From Alphaproteobacteria bacterium (lineage in GTDB: Bacteria > Pseudomonadota > Alphaproteobacteria > UBA7887): a stretch of 64,000 bases of DNA. Position numbers and translations under genes: made by a program. Under the pieces are notes generated by a model, which worked only from the letters and a program-made list of their open reading frames with translations, made no database searches and had not been told where the DNA came from. This document shows, one piece after another, positions 20,557-30,523 of the stretch (position 1 is the first letter of the stretch; every line of letters begins with the position of its first letter). The stretch spans positions 2,080,001 through 2,144,000 of the forward strand of contig CBDCGL010000011.1 in assembly GCA_965216755.1 (NCBI GenBank), written 5' to 3'.

Positions 20557-21405
20557 TCAATGCGGTCGATCGCCGCCCAATGACACGCGATGCATGACGC
20601 GGCGATGGCCATGATAGTCGTTCAACGGATAGTGCAAGCTGGCGCGATTGTCCCAAAACGCCAGGGACCCCGGCCGCCACTGAAATCGGCAGGTAAATTC
20701 CGGTTTGATCTGATGCGCAAACAGAAAGTCGAGCAAAGGCTCGCTTTCCACTTCCGTCATCCCCTCAAAGCAGCAGGTGTGCGCGGAATTCACAAACAAT
20801 GATTTCCGGCCGGTCTCTGGATGCACCCGTACAACTGGGTGAATTGCCGACGCTCCCTGATCGCTGTCGGACCGGCCGTGGCTCGCCACCAGGGCCCGTC
20901 GGGTGTTTGCGACGGCCGTGCTGTCGGCCCGATTGACCGCCCTTAGCTGACCCAAGAGTCGCTTCAAACCGTTCGACAAACTGTCATAGGCCAAATACGT
21001 GTTGGCGAACAGCGTGTCGCCACCCGTCGCAGGGGTCTCAACGGCATAGAGAACCGTGCCCATTGCGGGGCAGTCCAGATAACCGGTATCGAAATGCCAT
21101 ATGCCACCAAAATTGATCGTGTCGGCCGGTTCCTTAATGAGCGGTAAAACGAGCGGACACTCGGCGAGCCCCGCCACATAGGGGTACTCCACCGGACTGC
21201 CGAATTGGGCCGCGAATGCCAGTAGTTGCGCCGGCGCCAGGTTTTGATCCCGGAAAAAAATAACGACATGCTGCAGCAGCGCTTGGCGGATCGCCTGAAT
21301 CGTTGCTTGATCCAGCGGACGCGACAATTCCAAGCCGTGGATTTCGGCGCCAAGCGCGGCGGCAATCGGTCGAATCTCAAGTACACCGGGCGGATTTCCA
21401 GGCAT
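20557..21405 (-). CDS. TauD/TfdA family Fe(II)/2-oxoglutarate dioxygenase
   Basis: WHFD (HxD), GGDTLFA, HPVVRVHPETG, WDNRASLH, RRVMHR. Confidence 0.92.
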   Translation of the reverse strand: MPGNPPGVLEIRPIAAALGAEIHGLELSRPLDQATIQAIRQALLQHVVIFFRDQNLAPAQLLAFAAQFGSPVEYPYVAGLAECPLVLPLIKEPADTINFGGIWHFDTGYLDCPAMGTVLYAVETPATGGDTLFANTYLAYDSLSNGLKRLLGQLRAVNRADSTAVANTRRALVASHGRSDSDQGASAIHPVVRVHPETGRKSLFVNSAHTCCFEGMTEVESEPLLDFLFAHQIKPEFTCRFQWRPGSLAFWDNRASLHYPLNDYHGHRRVMHRVSLGGDRPH

Positions 21406-21608
21406 TGTCTAAGTCCTCAGCGCGACTTGGCAGTCTGACCTGCCCTTGCGACCAACGCTTGATAGTATCAAAGTAGCAGCGATTTTGCCGACCTTGTGCG
21501 CGCGGGCCTGTTAAACCAATAATTAATCGCCATTTGATTCCTAAAGCCTGTCGCGCGCAACGCCAATGGGGCGTTGGCCACCGAAAACAACCTTGCGGCG
21601 GACAAGCT

Positions 21609-22463
21609 ATGACGACACTCCAATCGACAAGACGTTTGATCAAATTGGGCCTGTTGATGGCGTGCACGGTCACAGTATGGCCCGTGGTACCGGCGGCGGC
21701 CCAGCAAGTCGCCGCAGTCAATAATTTCAATTGTCGAGGGTCTCTGCCGGAATGGTCGCTGCGGATCAATGCCGAACGCAGCGTCTACAGCAGACTGGCG
21801 GCGACGGGACCACAAAATACTGAATTGGATGGATTTTTCGGCAGTGCCGGGAGAGGTGGGACGCGCAGCTATGTGTGGCGTGGCGTCGGTGGTGCCTCAG
21901 GTCATCCCTTGGTGGCCGTAATCAATGAACAAGCCTGCTACGAACCCCCCAATAATCCCGAATCGTCGGATTTCCACGCGGTGGTGTCGTTGCCGGATGG
22001 CGAGATCCTTACCGGCTGTTGTCAGGCCGATTTCACCGTGGCGGCAACGGCGAATGCCGCCGTCAATCCGGTGGTGTGGCCGGATGCCGATCTCGCCGCC
22101 CGCGCGCCCGGCGACTGGTCTAGCAATTTGCTAGATCTGTTGCCAATTATCCGGACATGCCTGCGACGAACACCCGGCTACGCCCCGTTTGTTCTCAAGG
22201 CATGGCCCTTAAATCGGGGCTTTGTTGGGGTGCGGACACAGAACAGCGAAGGCAACCGGTTCGAATGTGTGGCGACGGCAAATGGTGCAAACCAGATGTT
22301 CCGAGACCTGTCGCCAACCGCCGCGCCCTTGCCGGGTGAGGCCGCACCAGCGTTTACACCAGCGCCGCAACATCCGCCCACGGACGCTTGCTATTGGCAT
22401 GAACGGGTGCTCGATGAAGACGGGCAGCCCATCGGTTGGCTATCGAACATGCGCTGTGGCTAG
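21609..22463 (+). CDS. Hypothetical secreted two-domain protein (N-domain COG3650-like)
   Basis: Signal peptide; CRGSLPEWSLRI..EQAC..LTGCC resembles the GNEPFW-type domain; Cys-containing C-domain. Confidence 0.65.
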   Translation: MTTLQSTRRLIKLGLLMACTVTVWPVVPAAAQQVAAVNNFNCRGSLPEWSLRINAERSVYSRLAATGPQNTELDGFFGSAGRGGTRSYVWRGVGGASGHPLVAVINEQACYEPPNNPESSDFHAVVSLPDGEILTGCCQADFTVAATANAAVNPVVWPDADLAARAPGDWSSNLLDLLPIIRTCLRRTPGYAPFVLKAWPLNRGFVGVRTQNSEGNRFECVATANGANQMFRDLSPTAAPLPGEAAPAFTPAPQHPPTDACYWHERVLDEDGQPIGWLSNMRCG

Positions 22464-22490
22464 CTGCCCCGGCGCCAATAGAGGTCGCCC

Positions 22491-23303
22491 ATGAATTGGT
22501 CACTATCCCGACAGCTCGGAATTCTCTGGATCGCGTGTTTTTTGACAGCCGCTTTTGTCCAGAATGGCCAAGCCGATATCCTGGAAAATGGGCCATTCAA
22601 AGTTGAGGCCGTCGTCATAGGGCCGTTCAGCGGCCAATTGACAATCGCAGTCCAAACCCATGGTGACGTGACCGTTCGGGCGGAGGGATCCGCTGAACAA
22701 CTCGAAAAGATGACCGTCACCGAGAGCGGCGGCCAACTCGCAATACGTGGTCCGAAGACAACGGTGACATCGTCATCGACCACTATCGTCAGCAACAACA
22801 CGGTCATCGTCGGCGATGGCGGTCGCGCGCAAATCACAATCGATGGCGTCGACGTAACCAAAGACGCTGAAGATCCGGTGGTTTTGGAGGTGATCGTGCC
22901 GGCTGGAACGCGCGTTGATATGAGGGAATTCGTCGGCGACGCCGTTATCGGCGACATTTTGGCGCCACTGCATGTTGAACTGCTGAGCGGCGAAGTTCGT
23001 GCTGGACAAATCGCTGATGGCGACCTGATCGTGCAGGGTGCCGGCAATGTCCACGTCGCCAGCATTGATGGCCAACTCGGCATGGTGGTTAACGGCAGTG
23101 GGTCCATTGCGGTCGAAAGCGGTCGCGCTAATGGCCTCAACGGAGAAGTCAATGGCAGCGGCAGCCTTCATTTTGGTGGCCATGCTGAAACCGCCTCTGT
23201 CAGTGTCAATGGCGTGGGCACGGTCAACGTCGCCCATGTTGACAGGCGTCCGCACACGGCGATCAACGGCATTGGGTCTGTCGAGTTCGGCAACTGGCGG
23301 TAG
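22491..23303 (+). CDS. DUF2807/GIN-domain (adhesin-like beta-helix) secreted protein
   Basis: Repeated V-N/Q-G-S/A/V-G-S/N/T units; signal peptide; GAGG RBS. Confidence 0.75.
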   Translation: MNWSLSRQLGILWIACFLTAAFVQNGQADILENGPFKVEAVVIGPFSGQLTIAVQTHGDVTVRAEGSAEQLEKMTVTESGGQLAIRGPKTTVTSSSTTIVSNNTVIVGDGGRAQITIDGVDVTKDAEDPVVLEVIVPAGTRVDMREFVGDAVIGDILAPLHVELLSGEVRAGQIADGDLIVQGAGNVHVASIDGQLGMVVNGSGSIAVESGRANGLNGEVNGSGSLHFGGHAETASVSVNGVGTVNVAHVDRRPHTAINGIGSVEFGNWR

Positions 23304-23432
23304 CGACAAGATCCACTAAGATCGGCCCGCGTCCCAAAATACCCGCGTCACGCATTTTCTAGAGCGCTTGCAGCGCCGCAACGACGGCGGGATACTGCGA
23401 CGCGTGACAGTGAGAGCAAGGGAGGCGCCTTG

Positions 23433-24191
23433 ATGCGCGAGAACAATGTCCGTACCATCTGGAGTCAAGGGGGCGCGGTGGTCAACGGTTGGCTTGGCAT
23501 TGCGAATGCCTACAGCGCCGAAATTATCGCCAACGAACCGTTCGACAGCGTCACGGTCGACACCCAGCATGGCATGGTCGACTTCCAAGCCGGCATCGGC
23601 ATGCTTCAGGCCATCTCGACAACCGACAAGACGCCGCTGGCGCGTGTCGCGTGGAACGACCCGGCCCTGATCATGAAATTGCTCGATGCCGGCGCCTACG
23701 GCATCGTTTGTCCGATGATCAACAACAAGGACGAGTGCGAGCGGTTCGTCGGGGCCTGCCGCTATGCCCCCCAAGGCTATCGCAGTTTTGGCCCGCCGCG
23801 AGGCCTGCTCTATGGCGGCAGCGACTACGCGGCCCACGCCAACGATACGATCATCACGATGGCAATGATCGAAACAAGCGAAGCAATGGCCAACCTCGAT
23901 TCCATCATGTCGGTCGATGGCCTGGACGGTATCTATGTCGGCCCCAGCGACTTGGCGATCAGTTTGGGTCATCCACCCTCACCCGAACCCAAGGATCCGG
24001 ACGTGATCGATGCGGTTGCCACCATCGTGGCGGCGGCCAAACGCAATAATGTCGCCGCTGGAATCCATTGTCCGAATGGGGCCTCGGCGAAAGACAAGAT
24101 CGCGTCTGGTTTCCAATTCGTCACGATTGCCAATGATGCGCGGTTGATGGCGGCGGCGGCCCGCAGTGAAATTGCGGCGGCCCGGGCCTGA
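23433..24191 (+). CDS. HpcH/HpaI aldolase family protein
   Basis: VDTQHG, LDAGAYGIVCPMI, YAPQGYRSFG, MIET, YVGPSDL. Confidence 0.92.
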   Translation: MRENNVRTIWSQGGAVVNGWLGIANAYSAEIIANEPFDSVTVDTQHGMVDFQAGIGMLQAISTTDKTPLARVAWNDPALIMKLLDAGAYGIVCPMINNKDECERFVGACRYAPQGYRSFGPPRGLLYGGSDYAAHANDTIITMAMIETSEAMANLDSIMSVDGLDGIYVGPSDLAISLGHPPSPEPKDPDVIDAVATIVAAAKRNNVAAGIHCPNGASAKDKIASGFQFVTIANDARLMAAAARSEIAAARA

Positions 24192-24215
24192 CCCCACGGT
24201 CGGTTTGTCTCCGCA

Positions 24216-25322
24216 ATGAAATACAAAGCGGCTGTCCTGCACGAAGTTGGTGGGTTGCTGACAATCGAAGACGTCGAGATGGTCGATCCAAGGCGTGGCG
24301 ACGTTTTGGTACGGCTTGGTGCCAGTGGTCTGTGCCATACCGATCTTGAGGTCATTCAGGGGTCCTTGGCCTATCCGTTGCCGATTGTGCTGGGCCATGA
24401 AGGCGCCGGCGTCGTTGAAGCGGTTGGTGACGGGGTTACGATCGTCCAGCCCGGCGACCATGTCATTTGTTCTTGGAATCCCAGCTGCGGCCATTGTTTC
24501 CATTGCGACCGCGATCAACCGATCCTATGCGAGCAGTTCCGTGCCACCCAACCCAAAGGCCATCTGATGGACGGCACCTCGCGCCTACGGGTCGGCGGCG
24601 AAAAGTTGCACCATTTCTCCGAGGTGTCCTCGCATGCGGAATACTGTGTCGTGCCCGACAGTGGTGTGGTCGCGGTGCCGAAAGACATTCCCTTTGACCG
24701 CGCTTGCCTGATCGGCTGCGGTGTCATGACCGGCGTCGGCGCAGTGACCAACGTCGCTGACGTGCCGATCGGGGCCAGTGTCGCCGTGTTTGGTGTCGGC
24801 GCCGTCGGCCTCAACGTCGTCCAAGGCGCGCGCTTGGCCGGCGCGGAACCGATTATCGCGATCGACGTGAACGACCAAAGGCTGGAATTGGCACGACAAT
24901 TCGGCGCAACGGATGCGATCAATGCCGAAGTCGACGACCCCGTCGCGCGGATTGCCGGTCTAACGGGCGGGCGTCACGCCGACTATGTGTTTGAGGCCGC
25001 CGGCATCGTCCCCACGCTGGCAGCATGTTTGGAAGCGACACGACCGGGCGGCATGCTGGTGTTGTTGGGCAAAACCAACGTTGATGCCGAGGTGTCCGTG
25101 CGCTGGGGTGCCATGATGGGCGAAAAGATGATCACCCGGTCATCCTACGGCGGCGCGCGCCCGCGCCGCGATTTCCCACTGTTGGCTCGGGCTTATCTGG
25201 ATGGTCGGCTGATGCTCGACGAGCTGATCAGCCAGCGCATCGCCATCGACCAGATCAACGACGGCTTTGCCGATATGGTGCGCGGCGCGGCGGTGCGCAC
25301 GGTCATTACATTTCCATCCTAG
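24216..25322 (+). CDS. Zn-dependent alcohol dehydrogenase
   Basis: GLCHTD, GHEGAG, CGHCFHC..C, IGCGVMTG, GVGAVG. Confidence 0.93.
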   Translation: MKYKAAVLHEVGGLLTIEDVEMVDPRRGDVLVRLGASGLCHTDLEVIQGSLAYPLPIVLGHEGAGVVEAVGDGVTIVQPGDHVICSWNPSCGHCFHCDRDQPILCEQFRATQPKGHLMDGTSRLRVGGEKLHHFSEVSSHAEYCVVPDSGVVAVPKDIPFDRACLIGCGVMTGVGAVTNVADVPIGASVAVFGVGAVGLNVVQGARLAGAEPIIAIDVNDQRLELARQFGATDAINAEVDDPVARIAGLTGGRHADYVFEAAGIVPTLAACLEATRPGGMLVLLGKTNVDAEVSVRWGAMMGEKMITRSSYGGARPRRDFPLLARAYLDGRLMLDELISQRIAIDQINDGFADMVRGAAVRTVITFPS

Positions 25323-25410
25323 CTGGCTGCTAGAGCCGGTCACCACGCGCGGCCGCCCGGCAAAAACCGGCCTTGTCGAGACACCACCGCTTCGGTCAAG
25401 ATCCGGTGCC

Positions 25411-27498
25411 ATGAAATCTGGCACCCGCGGACTCAAACTTGCCGTTGACATTGGCGGCACATTTACCGATATCGCGGTCGATTTGGGCGACCGCTACGTC
25501 ACCGATAAGGTTCTGACCACGCCCGAAGGCCCCGAGCACGGCGTTATGGACGGCATTGCACGCGTGCTCGCAAGCACCGAGCTATCTCCCGCCGACATCG
25601 CATTGGTCGTACATGGCACCACATTGGCCACCAACGCGATCATCGAACGCAAAGGTGCCAAGACCGCGCTGATCGTCACCGGAGGCTTTCGCGATTCGGT
25701 GGAGATGGCCTACGAAGACCGCTTCGATCAATATGATCTGCGCATCGAACGCCCCGAGCCATTGGTGCCGCGCTATCTGCGCTGGCCGGTGACCGAGCGG
25801 ATTGCCGCGACCGGCGACGTGCTGGCACCACTCGACCAAGCGTCCGTCGATCGCCTCCCCGCACTGATCGATGAGCATGACATCGCCAGCGTCGCAATCG
25901 GCCTCATCCACGCCTATGTCAATCCCGACCACGAACAGCGTATTGCTGAGCGTCTGTGTGCGGCACGGCCCGACCTTTCGATTTCGCTGTCTTCCGAGGT
26001 GTGTCCAGAAATTCGCGAATATGAGCGGCAGTCGACCACCTGCGCCAACGCATATGTCCAACCGCTGATGGCGCGCTACCTGCGACGGCTCGCAGCGCGC
26101 CTCACCGAAATCGGAATCGCGGGTCCGTTGTTGATGATGACGTCGGGTGGGGGATTGACTGGTTTGGACACAGCAACCCGATTCCCAATCCGACTGGTCG
26201 AGTCCGGACCAGCAGGTGGCGCGATCCTAGCCGGCGATGTTGCCGCTATGTGTGACGCGACGCGGGTACTGTCTTTCGACATGGGCGGCACAACCGCCAA
26301 AATATGTCTCCTGGACGACTTTCAGCCCCAGAACGCACGCGTCTTTGAAGTCGCGCGCGCCTATCGTTTCAAGTCGGGTAGCGGTCTGCCACTCCGAATC
26401 CCGGTTATTGAAATGGTGGAAATTGGCGCGGGCGGCGGTTCGATTGCACAAGTTGACAATCTCAGCCGAGTTACCGTGGGGCCGGAGAGCGCCGGTGCCG
26501 CGCCCGGTCCCGCGTGCTATGACCGCGGTGGTGTCGACGCGACAGTGACTGACGCCGATGTCACCTTGGGGCGCATCGTGCCGTCGCACTTTGCCGGCGG
26601 CACCATGTCCCTGGCGCCGGACTTGGCACAGCGCGCGCTTGTGCGCGGTGTTGGCGATGCGCTCAATTTGGACGGGCCCCACGCGGCTTACGCGGTCGGC
26701 GAAATTGTCGACGAGGCCATGGCCAACGCCGCGCGCGTTCATGCGGTAGAACGCGGAAAAGATGTTACAGGGCGTACATTGATTGCGTTCGGCGGTGCGG
26801 CCCCCCTGCATGCCGCGCGCTTGGCCGAAAAGCTGGGCATTGACGAGATTATCGTGCCCGCCGATGCCGGCGTCGGCTCAGCCATCGGTCTTTTGCGCGC
26901 GCCGATCGCTTATGAAGTGGTGCGCAGCCGCTACATGTTGCTGTCGCAATTCGACCATGCCGCAGCCAACGACACCTTAGAGAAGATGCGCGCGGAGGCG
27001 GCGCGGGTGGTCGCGTCGGCCGCGCCCGATCAACCGGTGGCCGAGACCCGCGGCGCCTATATGCGCTATGTCGGCCAAGGGCACGAAATCGCCGTGCCAT
27101 TGCCGCGACAGGCTTTGGTCGAGGGCGATGGTGATGCAGTCGGACACGCCTTTCGTGACGCATATGAAAACCAGTATGGTCGCGCCATCCCGGGCGTTGA
27201 CGTGGAAATCTTGAGCTGGACTCTGCAACTCGGCACGACGCCGATGCGCCCGGATCGGGTGCCGGAGCCGGCCGCCTCGGTGCCGCCGCCAGCCGGGGAA
27301 TATCAATCCGTATTCGACGCCGACAAGGGGGCTTTTACCGAAATCGCCGTCTTGCAGCGTGACGATTTGCCGCCGGGCGCGATTGTCGATGGTCCCGCCC
27401 TGATCGTGGAACGACAAACCACGACCGTTGTCGCCGCCAACCTGCGCGCATCGGTCGACGGCCATCGGCACATCGTCCTGACACGCAAGCCCGACTAG
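25411..27498 (+). CDS. Hydantoinase/oxoprolinase subunit A
   Basis: DIGGTFTD, HGTTLATNA, ESGPAGG, DMGGTTAK, EIGAGGGS, GPESAGAAPGPACY. Confidence 0.94.
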   Translation: MKSGTRGLKLAVDIGGTFTDIAVDLGDRYVTDKVLTTPEGPEHGVMDGIARVLASTELSPADIALVVHGTTLATNAIIERKGAKTALIVTGGFRDSVEMAYEDRFDQYDLRIERPEPLVPRYLRWPVTERIAATGDVLAPLDQASVDRLPALIDEHDIASVAIGLIHAYVNPDHEQRIAERLCAARPDLSISLSSEVCPEIREYERQSTTCANAYVQPLMARYLRRLAARLTEIGIAGPLLMMTSGGGLTGLDTATRFPIRLVESGPAGGAILAGDVAAMCDATRVLSFDMGGTTAKICLLDDFQPQNARVFEVARAYRFKSGSGLPLRIPVIEMVEIGAGGGSIAQVDNLSRVTVGPESAGAAPGPACYDRGGVDATVTDADVTLGRIVPSHFAGGTMSLAPDLAQRALVRGVGDALNLDGPHAAYAVGEIVDEAMANAARVHAVERGKDVTGRTLIAFGGAAPLHAARLAEKLGIDEIIVPADAGVGSAIGLLRAPIAYEVVRSRYMLLSQFDHAAANDTLEKMRAEAARVVASAAPDQPVAETRGAYMRYVGQGHEIAVPLPRQALVEGDGDAVGHAFRDAYENQYGRAIPGVDVEILSWTLQLGTTPMRPDRVPEPAASVPPPAGEYQSVFDADKGAFTEIAVLQRDDLPPGAIVDGPALIVERQTTTVVAANLRASVDGHRHIVLTRKPD

Positions 27499-27511
27499 CG
27501 GGGAGACCGTA

Positions 27512-29236
27512 ATGGCCCGACCCAATGCCCTCGCCCAAATCCAGACACAAATCATGTGGGATCGCTTGATTGCAGTTGTTGAGGAGCAAGCGCAGACCTT
27601 GATCCGCACGGCCTTCAGCAATGTCGTGCGCGAGGCCGGCGATTTAAGCGCCGGTGTGTTTGACCTTGATGGCCGGATGTTGGCGCAAGCGGTGACCGGG
27701 ACGCCGGGACACGTCAATTCCATGGCCGCTTCGGTCGGTCATTTCCTGGATCGCTATCCCCGCAAATCCATGGAAGACGGGGATGTTTTTGTTACCAACG
27801 ACCCGTGGCACGGCACCGGCCATTTGCATGATTTCACGGTCGTCTCACCGGCTTTTCACGACGGTCGCATGGTGGCGATCTTTGCCTCCACTTGCCACGT
27901 CGTCGACGTTGGCGGCCTGGGTTTCGGGCCTGATGGGCGGCAAGTCTATGAAGAGGGGTTATACGTCCCCATCATGCGGTTGGCGCACCGGGGCACGATG
28001 AATGAGACCTTGCTCGACATTGTCCGGGCCAATGTGCGCGAACCTACCCAATTGGTGGGCGACCTGTACTCGCTGGCGGCATGCAATGAAACCGGCAGCC
28101 GCCGGCTCAACGCGATGATGTCGGAATTCGGCCTGCCAGATCTCACCCCCTTGGGCGACCACATTGTGGCGCGTTCCGAAGCCGCCACGCGCGACGCCAT
28201 TCGCGCCCTGCCATCCGGGCAGTATCGCAACAGCATGCGGATCGACGGCTACGACGAACCGGTCGATCTGGTCGCCACAATGACCATCGACGACGGCACG
28301 ATCGCGGTCGACTTTGCGGGCACATCGCCGGTTTCGGCACGCGGCATCAATGTGCCGATCGCCTATACGCAAGCCTATACGTCGTTTGGGGTCCGCTGTG
28401 TGGTCGGCCCGACAATTCCCAACAATGCCGGATCATTGGCGCCGATCCGCGTGACCGCCCCAGAGGGGTCGATTCTCAACGCACCGCACCCCTGCGCCGT
28501 CGCGGCCCGCCACGCGGTCGGTCAGATGTTGCCCGATGTCGTGCTCGGTTGCCTGCACCAGGCGATCGATGGTGTCGCGCCCGCGGAAGGAACATCGTGC
28601 CTATGGAATTTCGTCCTTTATGGCGGCCACGGCATTGCTGACGATGGCCACACGCATGCAGGCGCGACACCATTTACCGTAACTTGGTTTCACAATGGCG
28701 GCACGGGCGGTCGCCCGGGCGCTGACGGGCTGTCCGCGACCGCTTACCCCTCCGGCGTGCGCAATACCCCCGTGGAAATCAACGAGTCGATCTCACCACT
28801 GGTGGTTTGGCGCAAGGAATATCGGGCCGATTCGGGCGGTCCCGGACGATATCGGGGCGGTTGCGGTCAGGTGATGGAGATCACCAATCGGGACGGCGCG
28901 GCGTTCACATTGTCGTCGATGTTCGACCGTGTTGAATATGCCGCCCGCGGTCGCGCCGGCGGCCGCGATGGAGCGTGCGGGCGTCTCTATTGCACACCCA
29001 ACCACCAATTGCGGGCAAAGGGCCGTCAGACCGTGCCCGGCGGTGGCAAATTGGTTCTGGAAATGCCGGGCGGGGGTGGCTATGGCGATCCGCGCCTGCG
29101 GGCACCGGAAAAGGTTGCGCAAGATGTTCGGGACGGGCTGCTGACACCCGAGGCGGCACTGCGTGACTATGGCGTTGTTGTCGACCCGGCCGGGCGCTGG
29201 GACCCGGCGCGAACAACACAGATGCGCGACGGCTAA
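27512..29236 (+). CDS. Hydantoinase B/oxoprolinase family protein
   Basis: RTAFS..REAGD, GTPGH, TNDPW..GHLHD, EEGL, DSGGPGRYRGG, PGGGGYG. Confidence 0.94.
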   Translation: MARPNALAQIQTQIMWDRLIAVVEEQAQTLIRTAFSNVVREAGDLSAGVFDLDGRMLAQAVTGTPGHVNSMAASVGHFLDRYPRKSMEDGDVFVTNDPWHGTGHLHDFTVVSPAFHDGRMVAIFASTCHVVDVGGLGFGPDGRQVYEEGLYVPIMRLAHRGTMNETLLDIVRANVREPTQLVGDLYSLAACNETGSRRLNAMMSEFGLPDLTPLGDHIVARSEAATRDAIRALPSGQYRNSMRIDGYDEPVDLVATMTIDDGTIAVDFAGTSPVSARGINVPIAYTQAYTSFGVRCVVGPTIPNNAGSLAPIRVTAPEGSILNAPHPCAVAARHAVGQMLPDVVLGCLHQAIDGVAPAEGTSCLWNFVLYGGHGIADDGHTHAGATPFTVTWFHNGGTGGRPGADGLSATAYPSGVRNTPVEINESISPLVVWRKEYRADSGGPGRYRGGCGQVMEITNRDGAAFTLSSMFDRVEYAARGRAGGRDGACGRLYCTPNHQLRAKGRQTVPGGGKLVLEMPGGGGYGDPRLRAPEKVAQDVRDGLLTPEAALRDYGVVVDPAGRWDPARTTQMRDG

Positions 29237-29499
29237 AGCGACATGCCGTTTCCGGCCCTTTTGCCTGACGCGGTTGGCGCGTTGAGCCGCGCTTCTTGAA
29301 TGAAAAACACCTGCCACGGTCCAGGCAGCAGCTCGAACATTTCAAGCATGCGCGCAACAGCGGCGGGCGCACGACGGTCGCCGTCGATCCAGTGATTGGC
29401 CGCCCGTCCATTACAATGGACAAGTTGTGCGAACTGAGTCGCGGTGAGATTGTGCTTGGTCACAAAGTTTCGGACCGGGTTCTTTGCCGGCATTTCCAT
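29233..29499 (-). CDS. Small XRE/Cro-like helix-turn-helix protein
   Basis: GGGAGG RBS before ATG 29499; LTATQFAQLV..GRAANHWIDGDRRAP resembles HigA/YiaG-type HTH. Confidence 0.65.
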   Translation of the reverse strand: MEMPAKNPVRNFVTKHNLTATQFAQLVHCNGRAANHWIDGDRRAPAAVARMLEMFELLPGPWQVFFIQEARLNAPTASGKRAGNGMSL

Positions 29500-30236
29500 T
29501 TTGCCCTCCCTGCCTTGAGACAGGTTGTTTCGCTCAGCCCCGCCGCGTTGGGCGGTTCTAGAGATTCCTGAATTGGCGGCCACGGTATCCGGCCAAAGGT
29601 CACCGAGCATGATGCAAACGAACTAGCGCACCTTCCGACCATACCGGGCCGATTGCGTTGTCGATCTGGCGTGGCGCCCCGCCTGAAGGGCGGCAGAGCG
29701 TGATGCCGGCGGATCAGACAAGCCGTCCGACGATGAAGTCGCCCACATGGCTTCTCGTTGGCGGCTCCCGCCATCGTCAACCGGCAGGGCCCGGCACATT
29801 TCCAGCAATCTCGGCGTCACCGTCCTCGACCATGCAGAGCGGGCCCAACAGCCCTATGTTGACACGCAAGGGCCGGTTAAAAGGGGTGACGTCGGCGACA
29901 AATTCGATCGAATTCGAGGTGGACTTACAGGCAGAACAAACATCACCTATTTGGGTGAGGTCAAGTGACAGCTAGACATTTTGGGAATTCTATTATTAAT
30001 TGCAATGGCAATCATCAGCCATATTATTGTTTGCGCCAAGCATAAAAGCTTTCACATGTGGCAATTTGGTTTTATGTGTCCCGAGCCGAGCACGTGGGAA
30101 TCAGAGACAGTCGTAAGATTATCACAACCTCCGATGTTTTTTTCATGGATAACAATAGTTTATGTTTTTTGCCTATTATTTGTGCAATGACGTGACAGAC
30201 ACCTAAGTCCGCGCCACTCGCCGGTTTGGCCGGCCC

Positions 30237-30271
30237 ATTTCCACAGGCTTATCCACAGCTTTCGTGGATAA
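30237..30271. promoter_or_regulatory. Cluster of three DnaA boxes
   Basis: ATTTCCACA (30237-45), perfect TTATCCACA (30249-57), inverted CGTGGATAA (30263-71). Confidence 0.7.
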
Positions 30272-30523
30272 TTTATTGCGCTCATTTTTGCGACCATGCG
30301 TGGATCCTAGGCGGTTGTGCGTTGTACGCATCGTGGATTAAATCGCGATACAAAGCCCCTACTACCCGCATGACGCGAATCTATAGCAAACACATCGCGC
30401 GTGATTGGCGCCAAAACGGCACCGCTGACGCGTGGCCTGGTCGAGACTTCGTTTTGCCGTGATTTGGCGCTAGAGTTGGAACGAGACAGCAATTTTCAAC
30501 TCGATGAAAGTCTGGAACCAATC

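Noticed and set aside
21511-21526. Possible CtrA site
   Set aside because: Spacing is TTAA-N8-TTAA, not N7.
25267-25410. N-terminal extension of hydantoinase A in the ORF track
   Set aside because: It overlaps the ADH gene, and the family motif begins just after ATG 25411.
29500-29980. Degenerate S24/CI-like repressor pseudogene
   Set aside because: The resemblance is too weak to call; kept only as an unexplained region.
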